The notes under the pieces were generated by a model. It searched no databases. It was not told the DNA's origin and saw only the letters and a program-made list of their open reading frames with translations. Shown piece by piece: positions 13,613-26,735 of a stretch of DNA of 64,000 nucleotides (positions are counted from its first letter, which is position 1; every line of letters starts with the position of its first letter). Source of the DNA: Mobula hypostoma. Its lineage: Eukaryota. The DNA lies in assembly GCF_963921235.1 (NCBI RefSeq), contig NC_086109.1:6078001-6142000 (forward strand), given 5' to 3'. The position numbers and the translations under genes are program-made.

Positions 13613-14233
13613 TGAGGTGACTGGAGGAGAGTATAGGGGGGGACGTCTGCAGTAGGTTTTTTTTCCACGGAGAGTGGTGGATGCATGGAACGCCCTGTCA
13701 AGGGTGGTGGTAAATGCAAGTACATTAGGGACATTTAAGAAACTCTAGGTACATGGATGGTAGAAAACTGGAGGGCTATGCCAGAGGAAGGGTTAGAATC
13801 TTGCAGTAGGCTAAAATGTTGCCCTAACACCGTGTTTAAAGCGATGCTGCAAAAGTTGCTGAACTGTGGCCGACCCGGCCCTGGTCTCCCTGCCAGGGAA
13901 GCGATGCTGAAATGTTGCCTCCGCCCTGAATCCCAGCAGCTGACTCTGTGTGCTCCTTTGTCAGCAGTGACATGGTGATTGATGTGTTTCTCCCATGAGG
14001 GGAAGGGAGGGGCAATCTGTGGGCAATGTTGCCAACGTCAACCCCAGGGAACCCTGACTCGTACCGTCATCTGCTCCAGGGTGACCTTCCATGTCAAATC
14101 TTAAAATTACATTTTGGCAACCTTGCAGAATCGGCCCTGTGTGCACAGTCACACCACTTGATTCCAAAACACGATATAGAGCAAGACATCAACTCTGGAG
14201 ACATGAGAGGCTTCAGATGCTGGAATCTGGAGA

Positions 14234-15420
14234 ACTGTTCCCTCTAAGCTCACCGGTGCACCGTGTGACAAGAATACACATAGATAAGATGTTAGCTGTC
14301 CTGTGTGATCAGCAGTTGGTCTGCCTCCTGTCTTCAGGAGAGAGAGATAAGGAAAACAATGGAGCAGCATTTGGAGATGTGTAATGAAGGGACGGGAGAG
14401 AAAGCTGTCTAGAGCGGCTCCCCCTTTGAACCCTGAACTGTTTGAAGTGATGGACAGGTGATACCCCAGCAGGGGGATAAAAAGGGACAGGTTCACTAAG
14501 GCAGAACACACGACACCCGAGGTAACGAGACCCTGGAAGCGGTGCGCCTCTCACAAGTCGGTGGGAATCTCTTGGACGGCTGATCGCGGGATCAGCCTTA
14601 GACGCTCAGGGTGGAAAGGCACGATCGGCGGGAACCTGGTGTGTGTCCACCCTTGCCTGGGTGCCAGGTTCAGCGCAGAGAAATGATCATATCTGGAAAC
14701 GGAGGGGTCACGGTCGGTGACCTCAGATGACATCACAAAGGGCTCGCCCGACAGCTGACTGCGAAGGTCTGTGTGGAAGCTGTGTTGAATATTCATTCGT
14801 TTTGCTCTCTCTCCTCCTCCTCCTCCCACTGTCCATCACCATGGCAATGATTACTGCGAACTGAACTAAATTGAACTGGACTTTGTGTCACTTTGAAATT
14901 GGTCATTTACCCCTAGACAATGATAGAACTTGATTAATCTTGTTATCTTAATTCTGTGCACATGTGTGTTTATCATTGCTGAACTGTTGCACTTATTATC
15001 CTTTCGATTACTGTGTTGCTTGTTTCTTTAATAAAACTTTCTTAGTTCTAGTAATCCAGACTCCAACTGAGTGATCCATTTCTGCTGGTTTGGCAACCCA
15101 GTTACGGGGTACGTAACAGCCGGAACTGCAATGCTCACCTGCACATATCCTTTGTTGCCACACAGCTGGAATTGGACACCGCTCAAAAAAGTTCACAAAA
15201 CATGATTTTCTTTGTTATAATGTATTTTATTATAGCCCTTAATTTAATAAATAAAATCAAAAGTACATGATTTTCAATTTTCATTCTAAATATTCATAGT
15301 GTGCATATTACAGAAAAAAAACATTTAAAAGTGGGGCACTGTTTTCAGGCCATGTAAAATTTTCTGCTCAGAGCAGTGGTTGGTCCGTGCAGCTGTAAAA
15401 AAAAATTAGAAGGAACATTG
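14234..15420 (+). mobile_element. hAT-type MITE split by a solo LTR
   Basis: Ends ACTGTTCCCTCTAA / TTAGAAGGAACATTG; internal sequence matches 50556-50891 and 32124-32309. Confidence 0.75.
14264..15118 (+). mobile_element. Solo LTR of the Gmr1-type Gypsy family
   Basis: TGTGACAAG...CGTAACA, 855 bp, homologous to 54149-55000; flanked by ACCG/GCCG (4-bp duplication, one mismatch). Confidence 0.93.
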
Positions 15421-16035
15421 ATTGGCATCTACAGGGGCAAAGGATGGTGGATGTTTTGGGGTCAAAATCCTTTTTTCAGAACCCAAAATGTAGAGGTGAA
15501 ATTGCTGGTATAAAAAGGCAAGCAGAGGGTGAGTTAGTAGCTGGTAGGCGATAGGTAGAACTGGGTGAAGTGGGGAATGGGGGGCAAATGGGACTGGGTG
15601 GGGGATGAGGGGAAGTGTTGAGACATTTGTTGGAAACACCAGGAGTCCTCTATTCCCTACTCTGACCTTTTATATCTTCTCACCTGCCTATCACCTCTCC
15701 TCCCCTATCAGATTCTTTCTTCTTCAGCCCTTTTCCACCCACCTGTCTTCACCTATCACCTTCTAGCTATCCTCCTTCCCCTCCTCCCTCCTTTTTATCC
15801 GGGCATCTTCCCCCTTCCCTTCCAGTCCTGAAGAAGGATCTCAGCCTGAAACATCAACTGTTTATTCATTTCCATGGATGCTGCCTGATCTGCTGAGCTC
15901 CTCCGGAACTTGGGAGCGTTACCTGGAGTACTGCACTCAGTTCTGGTCAGCCAATTATAGGAGGGATGCTGAAGTTCAGGAGAGAGTGCAGAGGAGGTTC
16001 ACCAGGATGCTGCCTGGATTAGAGAGTTTGAGCTA

Positions 16036-17397
16036 CAGTGGTGCTAGAAAGTCTGTGAACCCTGTAGAATTTTCTCTATTTCTGCATAAGCATGACCTAA
16101 AATGTGATCAGATCTTCATGCAAGCCCTAAAGCTGGATAAAGAGAATCCAATTAAATAAGTAACAGAAAAAAAATTATACTTCTACATTTATTTATTGAA
16201 AAAAATGATCCAATAATACATGTATTTGCTGGAAAAAGTATGTGAACCGCTGGGGTAATACCTTCTACAAAAGCTATTTGGAGTAATCAATGAGATGAGA
16301 TTGGAGGTGTGGGTTGTAAGGTGCCCTGCGCTGTAAAAAGACACACAAAGTCAGGTTACTGACAGAGCCTGCTCTTCTCAAGAAAGACCTTTCTTCTGTG
16401 TGCCTTCGCTCAATCAAAACAACTTTCACAGGACCTAAGAAGAAAAATTGTTGTAGAGATGCTTCAAGCTGGAAAAGGCTACAAAAGCATTTCTAAAGAT
16501 CTGAGTGTTCATCAGTCAGAGAAATTGTCTACAAATGGAGGAAACTCAGTACTGTTGCTGATCTCCCTAGGAGTGGGCGTCCTGCAAAGATCACACCAAG
16601 AGCACAACGAGCAATGCTGAAGGAGGTGATAAAGAGCCCAAGGGTAACAGCAAAAGACCTGAAGAAATCTCTAGAACTTTCTAAAGTCTCCGTTCATGAG
16701 TCCACTATAAGAAAAACACAGAACAAGAATGGTGTTCACGGAAGGACCCCACAGAGGAAACCACTGCTCTCCAAAAAATAAACATTGCTGCATGTTTCAA
16801 GTTTGCAAAAGACCACCTGGATGTTCTACAGTGCTTCTGGGACAATGTTCTGTGGACAAAAGAGACAAAAGTTGATAGAAATGCACACCATTATGTTTGG
16901 AGGAAAAAGGGCACTGCACACCAACACCAAAACCTCATCCCAACTGTGAAGCATGGTGGAAGGTGCATCATGGTTTGGGGCTACTTGGTGCCCCAGGGCC
17001 TGGATAGCTTGCACTTGTTGAGGGAACAATGAATTCAAAATTGTTTCAAGACATTTTACAGGAGAATGTCAGGGTAGCAGTCCATCACCTGAAGCTTAAT
17101 AGAAGTTGGATAATGTAACAAGACAATGATCTGAAAGACGAAAGTAGATCAACAACAGAATGGTTTAAAAAGAAAATTTGTGTTTTGAAATGGCTGAGTC
17201 AAAGTCCTGATCTTAATGCTGTAGAAATGTTGTGGAAGGATCTGAAGCAAGCAGTTCATGCAAGGAAGCCCATCAAGATCCCAGAGTTGAAGCAGTTTTG
17301 TAAGGAGGAATGGCAGAAAATTCCTCCAAGCCGATGTGCAGGACTGATCAACAGTTACTGGAAGCATTTGGTTGAATTTTTTTGCTGTAGAAGGGGG
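16036..17397 (+). mobile_element. Tc1-like transposon with disrupted transposase, 3' end missing
   Basis: TA|CAGTGGTGCTAGAAAGT start; motifs TVKHGGRCIMVWG, QDND, WLSQSPDLNAVEMLW with frameshifts and stops. Confidence 0.92.
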
Positions 17398-17718
17398 TCT
17401 ACTCCGAAGCCTTTCCCATGAGTGGTATAGCCTCAAGGCAGCGAAGGTTTGAGATCAGAGTTTTCCTTCTCCAAGATGAGCTGGCAATCATGGCTGTGGA
17501 GCCCGAAGCATCTGGTTTTAAGGCACCAGTCACCTGCCTTTGCCCCTTCTCCTGTCAATAGAAATGGTTCTGGCAGACTTAGTAGCTAAGCCACATGTGA
17601 AGGCCACCAGATGGACTGGATTGTCAGAGGCTATTTGAGTTGACGGCATTGGGAGCATTTAATAGGTAGTGGGAGCTTGTCCCTACTACCACCCCCAGCT
17701 ATAACAACCTTAAAGAAC
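17398..17718 (+). mobile_element. Partial copy of the 5125-5646 repeat
   Basis: Direct sequence similarity. Confidence 0.75.
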
Positions 17719-18754
17719 CAATCTAAACATCTCTTAAAATCTCTAATGTATTTGCTTCTACCCCATACCAGGCAGCATATTCCAGGCATCCAGCACTCCC
17801 TGAATAAAAAAACTTACCCCTCACATCCCCTTTGAACCCACTCCCTCACACCTTCAATGTACGCCCTCTGGAATTAGACACTTCAACCCCGGGAATAAGA
17901 TACTCCCTGTCTACTCTGTCTATGTCTCTCGTAATCCTAGGATTAGGCTCGTGTTAAATCGGGGGATTGCCTTGCAGCGTGGCTCAAAGGGCATGAAGGG
18001 CTTATTCCGCACTGTTTCTCAATAAATTAATTAATTCAAACCAGTCAGCCATGATTGAACAGTCGAGCAGACTCAATGGGCTCAAAGGCCTTGTTCTGTG
18101 CCCATTTCTTTTGGTGTCACCACTGGGGAGCACACACATGTAGGGTCACTATTTTTCCAGTGAGTTCGGAGGATCCCATGGAGACAGTGTTAGTGATATT
18201 GTTAAATATAATTTAGTCTCTCACTACTCTCATCTGCCTGTCAAGAGGTTACCGTTAGAGCGCATTTTTCAAGTTAAGAGTGAGTCAGCAGCATGGGATG
18301 ACAATGCAGTCTTCAAGAGGAGAATGCAGAGTAATTGAGAGAGAGAGTTCACACTGAAATGATTAAATAACAAATTCAGATCGTACCAAAAATCATCATC
18401 CTGAGTCCCAGCTTGGAGTTCGGTGTCCTGTCATCAGCTAATCCGGGGAACAACACTGAAGATCAACCCAAAGTCCTGAGGTCAACGCCTGAAGACAGAA
18501 GCCTGGAGCCTGGAGGACCGGAGGCTCGGACGCCCATCCTGGAGTTGAGGGACTATTGCTGTGTGTGTGTGGGGGTGGGGGAAGGGGTTTGTTTCACTGG
18601 TGTTGTTGCTTTGTTGCTTGTCGTGTTCTGTATTGCTCTGCCGAGCATTGTGCGTAAGCTACGTTGGTGCCAAAATGTGCGGCAATACCTGTGGGCGGCC
18701 CCCAGCACATCCTTAGGTTGTGCTGGGTGTTAATGACACATACGTTTCGATGTA

Positions 18755-18821
18755 CCGTACTACGCAAATGTCTTCGGCATGTGTATATAACAACAGTGCC
18801 GAAGATTTTTGCGTGGTACTG
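18755..18821. mobile_element. ~67-bp palindromic Tc1/mariner micro-MITE
   Basis: TA-flanked inverted arms CCGTACTACGCAAATGTCTTCGGCA / TGCCGAAGATTTTTGCGTGGTACTG. Confidence 0.75.
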
Positions 18822-19202
18822 TATTTGTGGAGTAGAGTGTGAGTTTACAAATCTGGAGGGAGCAAAGGATGTTGGGAATGGGGAGGGTGGAGTGCCGCGG
18901 GAGGGGTGTGGGACAGGAGGCAGAGAAGGCGTGCAGGGACAGGGGTTGGCGCAGGTGCAGACACACCCAGCCCTGAGACTCCAGTTGGTTTATTGATCAT
19001 AACAGAATGTCTCTCTGGTGCTTCCCACTCCCTCCCCTCTCTCTTCTCCTTTTCCCAACCGTGATTCCCCTCTCCCTCCCCCTTCCCACTCTCAGTCCAC
19101 AATAGAGACCCAGATCAGAATCAGGTTTATCATCACTCACATATGTCATGAAAATGTGTTTTTTTTTGCGGCAGCAGTACAGTGGAAGACTTAAAAGTAC
19201 TA

Positions 19203-19269
19203 CAGTACTGTGTGAAAGTCTGAGGCACCCTAGCTATACACATGTGCCTGAGATGTTTGCGCAGTACTG
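19203..19269. mobile_element. Second copy of the palindromic micro-MITE
   Basis: TA|CAGTACTGTGTGAAAGTCTGAGGCAC..GTGCCTGAGATGTTTGCGCAGTACTG|TA. Confidence 0.78.
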
Positions 19270-19564
19270 TACCTGTGATAAGCAAATCTGAATTTGAATC
19301 ACAATGGCGTATTAACGCCATGTGGGAATTCTGGCACTGTGGTTATACCGCAGACTCTCATTCCCTCACATTTACTTCTGAGATTTAAGATTCGAGATTG
19401 TTTAATGTCATTTCCAATACACCAGTGTAAAGGAGAACAAAATAATTTTACTCTGGATCCAATATAGCACAAAAAAAAGCACGATAAGATAAATAACACA
19501 ATAATTTTAAAAAACACAATAAATATCAATGCATAAGATAACTTATATACATAGAATGATTGTA

Positions 19565-20127
19565 TAAGACGATAAGATATAGGAGCAGAATTAGGTCATT
19601 TGGCCCATTGAGTCTGCTATGTCATTTCATCATGGCTGATCCATTTCCTTCCCAACCCCAGTCTCCTGCCTTCTCCCCGTGTCCTTTCGTGTCCTGACTA
19701 ATCCAGAATCTATCAACCTCTGCCTTAAATATACCCAATGACTTGGCCTGCACAGCCACCTGTGGCAACGAATTCCACAGATCCACCACTCTCTGGCTAA
19801 AGAAATACCTCCTCATCTCCATTCTAAATGGACATCCCTCTATCCTGCGGCTGTGCCCTCTGGTCGTAGACTCCCTTGCCATAGGAAGCGTCCTCTCCAC
19901 ATTCACTCTGTCGAGACCCTTCAATATTCAATAGATTTCAGTGAGGTCACTCCTCATTCTTCTGAGGCTCGGGGCCATCAAATACACCTCATATGGCAAG
20001 CCTTTCAATTCCAGAATAATTTTCATTTACCTCCTTTGAACCCTCTCCAATGTCAGCACATCCTTCCTTAGATATCAGGCCCAAAAACTGCTCACGGTAC
20101 TCCAAGTGAGGCCTCACCAGTGCCTTG
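19565..20127 (-). mobile_element. CR1 3' fragment
   Basis: LVRPHLEY, FFSQRVVDLWNSLP, 3' UTR and tail. Confidence 0.9.
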
Positions 20128-20634
20128 CGTAACGTGACAGCCAGAAACCACAGCAGAATGGTAAAGGTCAATGTTTTCACACTTGAGCAGAAGTTAGGTC
20201 AGAGACTCTCCAACATACTGTTGCATGGTTGCCTGAACTACTTCACCTCCATACCACAGCAGGGTGACCTGGCTGGCCTCCCTTGAACAGAGGCTCAGCT
20301 TTGCGTCCTCCACCACCGAACCATAGCTCAATAAACCTGCTCTCACACTGAACAACTTCTCCTCCACACACTTCCTCTAATCAAATGTGTCGCTATAGGA
20401 ACCCACAAATAATTTACTTCTTTATGGGATCTGCAGAAAAGGATTTGGTTTCTGTCAGCCTAGTTTATCAGATTTATCACACGTACATTGAAACACATAA
20501 TAAAGTGTGCTGTTTGCATTAACAACCAACACACCCAAGGCCGCGTTGGGCCAGACCGCGAATGTTGCCGTATATTCCGGGCCAACACAGTATGCCAAAA
20601 ATGCTCAGCGGAACAACACAACACCACACATCTT

Positions 20635-21190
20635 CCAGTCAAGATGGCGCCTAAGCACAACACTCCTTCGGTCGAATTCTACTGGGTAGGTTACGAAACC
20701 ATATGTTTCACTTCTTTCATGTCTTTTACGTTTGTTTTCCATCTTGAATGTGATTCTGGAACTGTAGGAGCCTGTGATTTGCAGTTTGGAGATTGTTCGA
20801 GTGTCTCAATGCTCAGCAGTCTCCGAGAGGATTCCAGGAGGAAGAGGTGGTGTGCGGGAGCCTTGTGGCGAGAAGGCTGTGAGCCGATGTTTGACTCCAT
20901 TTCGCCGATTAAAGCTTCCATCATTCACCGACTCAAGTGACGAGGGAGATTGAAACGCTGGCTGCTGGCCTTTTTATCGCTGGTGAGATCACTCTGCTAC
21001 AGAAGGGGGGAATGTTGCCCAGGCTGGATGAGAACTTGGGCTGTGGACTTTTTCTCAGTCTTATGGTTTTTTGGTATTTTGTGTTGAATGATTTTCTTCT
21101 TTGTTTCATTGCTGTCATGTGGAGAAGACAATTCTCAGAGGTGTATGCTGTGAACGTACTTCGATAATAAATGTACTTTGAATCTTTGAA
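20635..21190 (+). mobile_element. Probable non-autonomous retroelement with YY1-type head
   Basis: Starts CCAGTCAAGATGGCGCC, ends AATAAATGTACTTTGAATCTTTGAA; no ORF. Confidence 0.55.
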
Positions 21191-21636
21191 GAAATATGAA
21201 AATTAAGTCGTGCAATAGAGATCTAAATACTGGGGTAGTGTTCATGGGCTCATTGTCCGTTCGGAAATCGGGTGGCAGAGGGGAAGAAGTTGTCCCTGAA
21301 TCAGTGAGTGTGGGTCTTCAAGCTCCTGTACCTCCTACCTAATGGCAGCAGTAAGTCTCAGACAGGGAAAATATCCTTCATGCATCCACACTCTCAACCC
21401 CGTTTGATGTTTGCATGCTTCAGTGAGCTGACCTCATACGCAGTCTAAGTCAAGGAAGGATACGCACAATCTGCTTATTCACTCCTCTTGTGACAACCCG
21501 CCACTGCAGTAACCATTTTGGTGAACCTGCATTGCAGATCCTCCAGCTCTGTCACAAGTACGTCCTTCCTGGGCTGAGGAGTCCAGATCCACGTGGGATA
21601 TTCCGAGTGCCCTGCGACGAGGTTGCTGCAAGGCTC

Positions 21637-21897
21637 AGGGTGGCACGGTAGAATGGCGTTTAGGCTAGCAATCAGGGTTCAGTTCCTATCGCTGTCTGTA
21701 AGGAGTTTGCATGTTTTCCCCATTTTTCATGCGTTTCCTCCGGGTGCTCCACATTCCAGAGACGTACGGGTCAGGGTTAGTGAGTCGTGGGCGTGCTATG
21801 TTGGGGCCGGAGGCATGGCGACCCAACACAAAACTCGCTGATTTGATTTGACGGAAGTGACACACTTCATTGTACGTGTCACAAATAAAGCTAATCT
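21637..21897 (+). mobile_element. tRNA-derived V-SINE (HE1-like)
   Basis: tRNA-like head with A/B boxes and central GGAGTTTGCATGTT..TTTCCTCCGGGTGCTCC domain. Confidence 0.75.
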
Positions 21898-22039
21898 CCT
21901 TACCATGCCGCAGGGCAGCACAGTAACGTAGCGGTTGGCATTACACGATTAGGAGTACATAGGTCAGTTGGTCACTGGGACATAACTGGGCAGTGCAGGC
22001 TCGTTGGGCTGAAAAGGTCTGTTACTGAGCTGTACCCAA

Positions 22040-22970
22040 TTCTCCACAATCTCCCTCCGCATACGTGCACCACAAGGCTGTGTGCCTAGTCCCCTGCTCT
22101 ACTCACTTTGCACTTACGACTGTGTAGCTAAGCCCAGCTCCAATGCCATTTTCAGGTTTGCTGATGACACCATTGTCATTGGTCGAATCAAAGGTGGTGA
22201 TGGATCAGCATATAGGAAGGAGATTGAAAATCTGGTTGAGTGGTATCACCGCAACAACCTCTCACTCAGTCAGCAAGACGAGGGAGATGGATTATTGACT
22301 TTAGGAGGAGGAAATCAGAGGTCCATGAGCCAGTCCTCATTGGGGGATGAGAAGTGGAAAGAGTCAGCAACTTTAAATTCCTTTGTGTTGTCATTTCAGA
22401 GAAGCTGTCCTGGGTTCTGCACATAACTGCCATTACAAAGAAAGCATGACAGAACCTCTACTTTTTAAAAAGTTTATGTAGATTCAGAATGTCATCTAAA
22501 ACTCTGACAAACTTCTATAGTTGTGTAGTGGAGAGTGTATTGACTGGCTGCATCATGGCCTGATTTGGAAATGCCAATGGCCTTGAACGGGAAATCCTAC
22601 AAAGAGTAGTGGATACAGCCCAGTCCATCACAGGTAAAGCCCTCCCCTCCATTGAACACACCTACATGGAACGTTGTCACAGGAAAGCAGTATCCATTAT
22701 CAGGGACCCCCACCACCCAGGTCATGCTCTCTTCTCGCTGCTGCCATCAGGAAGAAGGTACAGGAGCCTCAACACCCACATCACCAGATTCAGGAACAAA
22801 TATTATCCCTCAACCATCAGGCTCTTGAACCAAAGGGGATAACTTCACTCAACTTCATTCCATCACTGAACTGTTCCCACAACTTATAGACTCATCTTGG
22901 AGTACTTTTTATCTCATGTTCTCGATATCTATTACTTAATTATTATTAATATTCATTTATTTTTTTCTCA
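22040..22970 (+). mobile_element. Rex1/Babar-type LINE RT and 3' end, degenerate
   Basis: PQGCVPSPLLYSL, FADDT, DPHHPGHALFSLLPSGRRYRS. Confidence 0.85.
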
Positions 22971-23519
22971 GAAACTGGTAAAACCTGAGATACGGGCATA
23001 GCCAAGCACACTCATTTTTCAATTGCTAGCAACTTTTGGACTATCCTAGTGGGGTTTAATTCCTCCAGCATTTTGTGTGTGTTGCTTTGAATTTCCAGCA
23101 TCAGCAGACTTTCTTGCGTTAAAGAATAAGGTAATAGCTTGTCCAGCCTCTTCCTGGAACTCAAGCTCTCACATCCTGACAACATGCTCGTAAATCTTCT
23201 TTGTGTATGACTTCTGGAAGGGCAAGGCAAAATGAAAGACAGCTGTGCTGAGTGTTAGTGAAAAAACACAGAAAGTCAATGAATTTCAAAACTAACCTGC
23301 AGATTCTGGAAATCTGAAACAAAAACAAAGTGCAGGAAGCACTCAGCAGGTCAGGCGGCATCTGTGGAGAGAGAAGGATGACGAGCGCTTCTGGTGGGAG
23401 ATCCGCTGTCAGAACCCTGAGAGTGAGGGTGAGGGAAAATGGAGGTGTGGCTTTGTTTGGCCAGGGTTGACAAACAAAAGGATGGGTACAAGTCTGGAAA
23501 CCAGAGAGCAAAACGAGAG

Positions 23520-23755
23520 GAACACGCACAAAGTGCTGGAGGAACTCAGGAGATCAGGCAGCACCAATGGAGAGGAATGAACAGTCGACGTGACGGACTG
23601 AAATGTTTCTTCTCTCTTTTGTTCAAGTCCTGATGAAGGGTCTCGGCCTGAAACATCGACTATTTATTCTTCTCCGTAGATGCTACCAGACCTGCTGATT
23701 TCCTCCAGCATTTTGTGTGTGTTACTCTGTACTTCCAGCATCTACAGAATCTCCA
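23520..23755. mobile_element. Penelope-derived fold-back unit with hammerhead motif (23626-23661, +)
   Basis: Inverted arms CACAAAGTGCTGGAGGAACTCAG / CTGATTTCCTCCAGCATTTTGTG; AGTCCTGATGAAGGGTCTCGGCCTGAAACATCGACT. Confidence 0.8.
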
Positions 23756-23846
23756 TATCAAGAGCAATGCAGCCATCACTGGAAAAATTAGTATGACTGA
23801 AGCTAATGATGACTCTGTTGAGAGTTTGCCGGAGGTGTATATTACT

Positions 23847-23944
23847 GCACCTCTTCCTAGAGATGCTGCTTGGCCTGCTGCGTTCACCAGCAACTTTGAT
23901 GTGTGTTGCTTGAATTTCCAGCATCTGCAGAATTCCTGTTGTTT
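23847..23944 (+). mobile_element. 98-bp Penelope 3' terminus
   Basis: Matches the terminus at 29356-29460; 12-bp target duplication GTGTATATTACT (23835-23846, 23945-23956). Confidence 0.85.
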
Positions 23945-24017
23945 GTGTATATTACTTCATTGGTTTTGATCTCCCAAAGGTCCCTGGATTCGTGAATGAC
24001 CTTTGTGGATCGGGAGA

Positions 24018-24802
24018 AAGTCTGATTAAACCAAAATTGAGCTTTTTGGCCATCAGACTAAATGCTGAACACTGCACATCATTAAAAACACATCATCCCT
24101 ACCATGAAGCATAGTGGTGGCTGCATCATGCTGTGGGGATGCTTCACTGCAGCAGGCCCTAGAAAGCTCGTGAAGAGTAAAATGAATGCAGCAAAATACA
24201 GGGAAATACTGGAAGAAAACCTGATGCAGTCTGCAAGAGAACTGTGACTTGGGAGAAGATTTGTTTTCCAGCAAAACAGTAACCCTAAGCATAAAGCCAA
24301 AGCTATACAGGAATAGCCTAAAAACAATGAAGTTTATGTCCTGGAGTGGCCAAGGCAGAGTCCAGACTTCAATCCAATCAAGGATTTGTGGCTGGGCTGA
24401 AAAGGGCTGTTCACTCATGATCCCCAAGCAATCTGACAGAGCTTGAGCAGTTTTGTAAAGAAGAATGAGGAAGAATTGCAGTGTCCAGATGTGCAAAACT
24501 GATAGAGACCTATCCACACAGACTCAAGGCTGTAACTGCTGCCAACGGTGCATGCATTTTCTCAATACTTACTTGGGGTGGGGTGTGAATACTTATGCAA
24601 TCGATTATTTTATGTTTTATATTTGTAATTAATTTAGATCACTTTGTAGGGGATCTGTGTTCTCTTTGACATGAAAGAGTCTTTTTCTGTTGATCAGTGT
24701 CAAAAAAGCCAAATTAAATCCACTGTGATTCAATGTTGTAAAACAATAAAACATGAAAACATCCGGGGGAGGGGAAGTTGAATACTTTTGATAAGCACTG
24801 TA
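24018..24802 (+). mobile_element. Tc1-like transposon 3' half
   Basis: HSGGCIMLWGCF, WPRQSPDFNPIKDLW; ends AATACTTTTGATAAGCACTG|TA. Confidence 0.88.
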
Positions 24803-24914
24803 AGAGTTGACTGTTAAATTAATTATCTTGTTTACAAAATTCCAACTCTCCACTAAGTTTCTAACCATTAACACAACAGCTCCCACCTGACGACCAGCTG
24901 ATGGAATGGCGTGG

Positions 24915-25630
24915 CAATGAATTCCACAGATTTACCACCTCCTGACCCCCCAGCCAAAGAAATTCCTTCTCATTTCGGTTCTAAAGGGACGTCCTATTCT
25001 GTTGCTCTGCTCACCCACTATAGGAAACATCCTTTCCACATCCACTCCATGTAGGTCTTTCAATATTCCATAGGTTTCAATGAGATTGCCCTCATTCTTC
25101 TAAACTTCAGCGAGTAGATGCCCAAGATATTAAATGCTTATCATACATTAACCTTTCATGGCCAAAACATTCTCGCGAACATCTTCTAAGCCTCTCCATT
25201 GGCAGCACATCCTTTCTTCGAGAAAGGGCCCAAAACTGCTCACAATACTCCAAGTGTTGTCTGACCAATGCCCCATAAATCTTCAGTATCACCTCCTTGC
25301 TTTTACATTCTAGTCCTCTCAAAATGAATGCTAACATTTCACTTGCCTTCCTCAGCACCGACTCAACCTGCAAGATAATCCTGCACGAGGTTTCCTAAGT
25401 CCCTTTGCACCTCTAATTGTTGAATTTTCTCCCCATTTAGAAAATAGTCCACACCTTGGTTCGGCACAGCCAAGAAGGGCCAAAAGGCCTGTTTCTGTGC
25501 TGTAGTTTTTCTATGGTTTCTATGGTTTCTTTATTCCTTCTACCAAAGTGCATGACTCTATACTTCCCTACACCATGTTCAATATTGGATAGGTTTCAAT
25601 GAGATCCCCCTCATTCTTCTGAACTCCAAC
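24915..25630 (-). mobile_element. CR1 ORF2 3' fragments
   Basis: ALVRQHLEYCEQFWA in ORF 25107-25373. Confidence 0.8.
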
Positions 25631-26424
25631 CAGTATGGTGTACTCCCTGCTGAGTGCCTTCAGCATTTTATGCGTGTTGCTCTGGATTTCCAGCATCTGC
25701 AGAATTTCTGTGTTTACAATCACCCAGATGTCTGACTGCACCAGCTTATTCTAACGACATAGATTCGAGTGAGAGAATATATTACCACATTGACATGACA
25801 CTTTTTCGTCAACTGCCATCAATTAGGACAGATCAGAGTCAGGCTGGGGCAGTCAGCAATTAGGAACATGAAGGAGTGCTTCCTGAAATTGAGGACCAGT
25901 GCAGTACCAGGCCATAAAATTGTCATCTCAGTCTTTAACGATCGAAAGATGCAAGCAGTGAGTATGAAGCTTTGCAAGTAGAAAGAAGGAAAGAAAGATT
26001 TACTTTCTTTGTCACATGTACATCAAAACATTTGAGATGTACAGTGAACTGTGACATTTGCATCAAATCAAATGAGCGAGGATTGTGATGAGGCAGCCCG
26101 CAAGTATCAGCGTTCTACCAACAGCAACATCGCACGCCCACAACTTACTAACCCTAACGCATAAATCTTTGGAATGTGGGAGGAAACCGGAACACCTGGA
26201 GAAAACTCATGCACTGAAAGTTCAAACTTCAAATTTCAAAGTAAATTTTACTATCAAAGTACATTCTGTATATGTTACCCTTATACAACCCTGAGATTCA
26301 TTTTCTTGTGGGCATGCTCAATAAATCTATCGAATAATAACCATAACACAACGAGGGCATTCAACCAGAGTGCAGAAGATAACAAGCTGTGCAAATACAA
26401 AAAGAAGAAATAATAATAATAAAT

Positions 26425-26735
26425 TAAGGCATCTGTTAGTCTTACGAGACCATGGATCTGCGCCTGGAAAGTCTTCACTCTCCAGGGCGCAGGCCTGGGC
26501 AAGGTAGTATGGAAGACCGGAAGTTGCCCATGCTGCAAGTCTCCCCTCTCCACGACACCAATGTTGTCCAAGGGAAGGGCATTAGGACCCATACAGCTTG
26601 GCACCAGTGTTGTCACAGAGCAATGTGTGGTTAAGTGCCTTGCTCAAGGACACAACACGCTGCCTCGGCTGGAGCTCGAACTCACGACCTTCAGATCGCT
26701 AGTCGAATGGATTAACTACTTGGCCACATGCCCAC
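26425..26735 (-). mobile_element. tRNA-derived SINE with CORE-like domain
   Basis: Antisense GGGCATGTGGCCAAGTAGTTAA..GTGAGTTCGAG..GTGTCCTTGAGCAAGGCACTTAACC; relative at 31333-31563. Confidence 0.75.
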
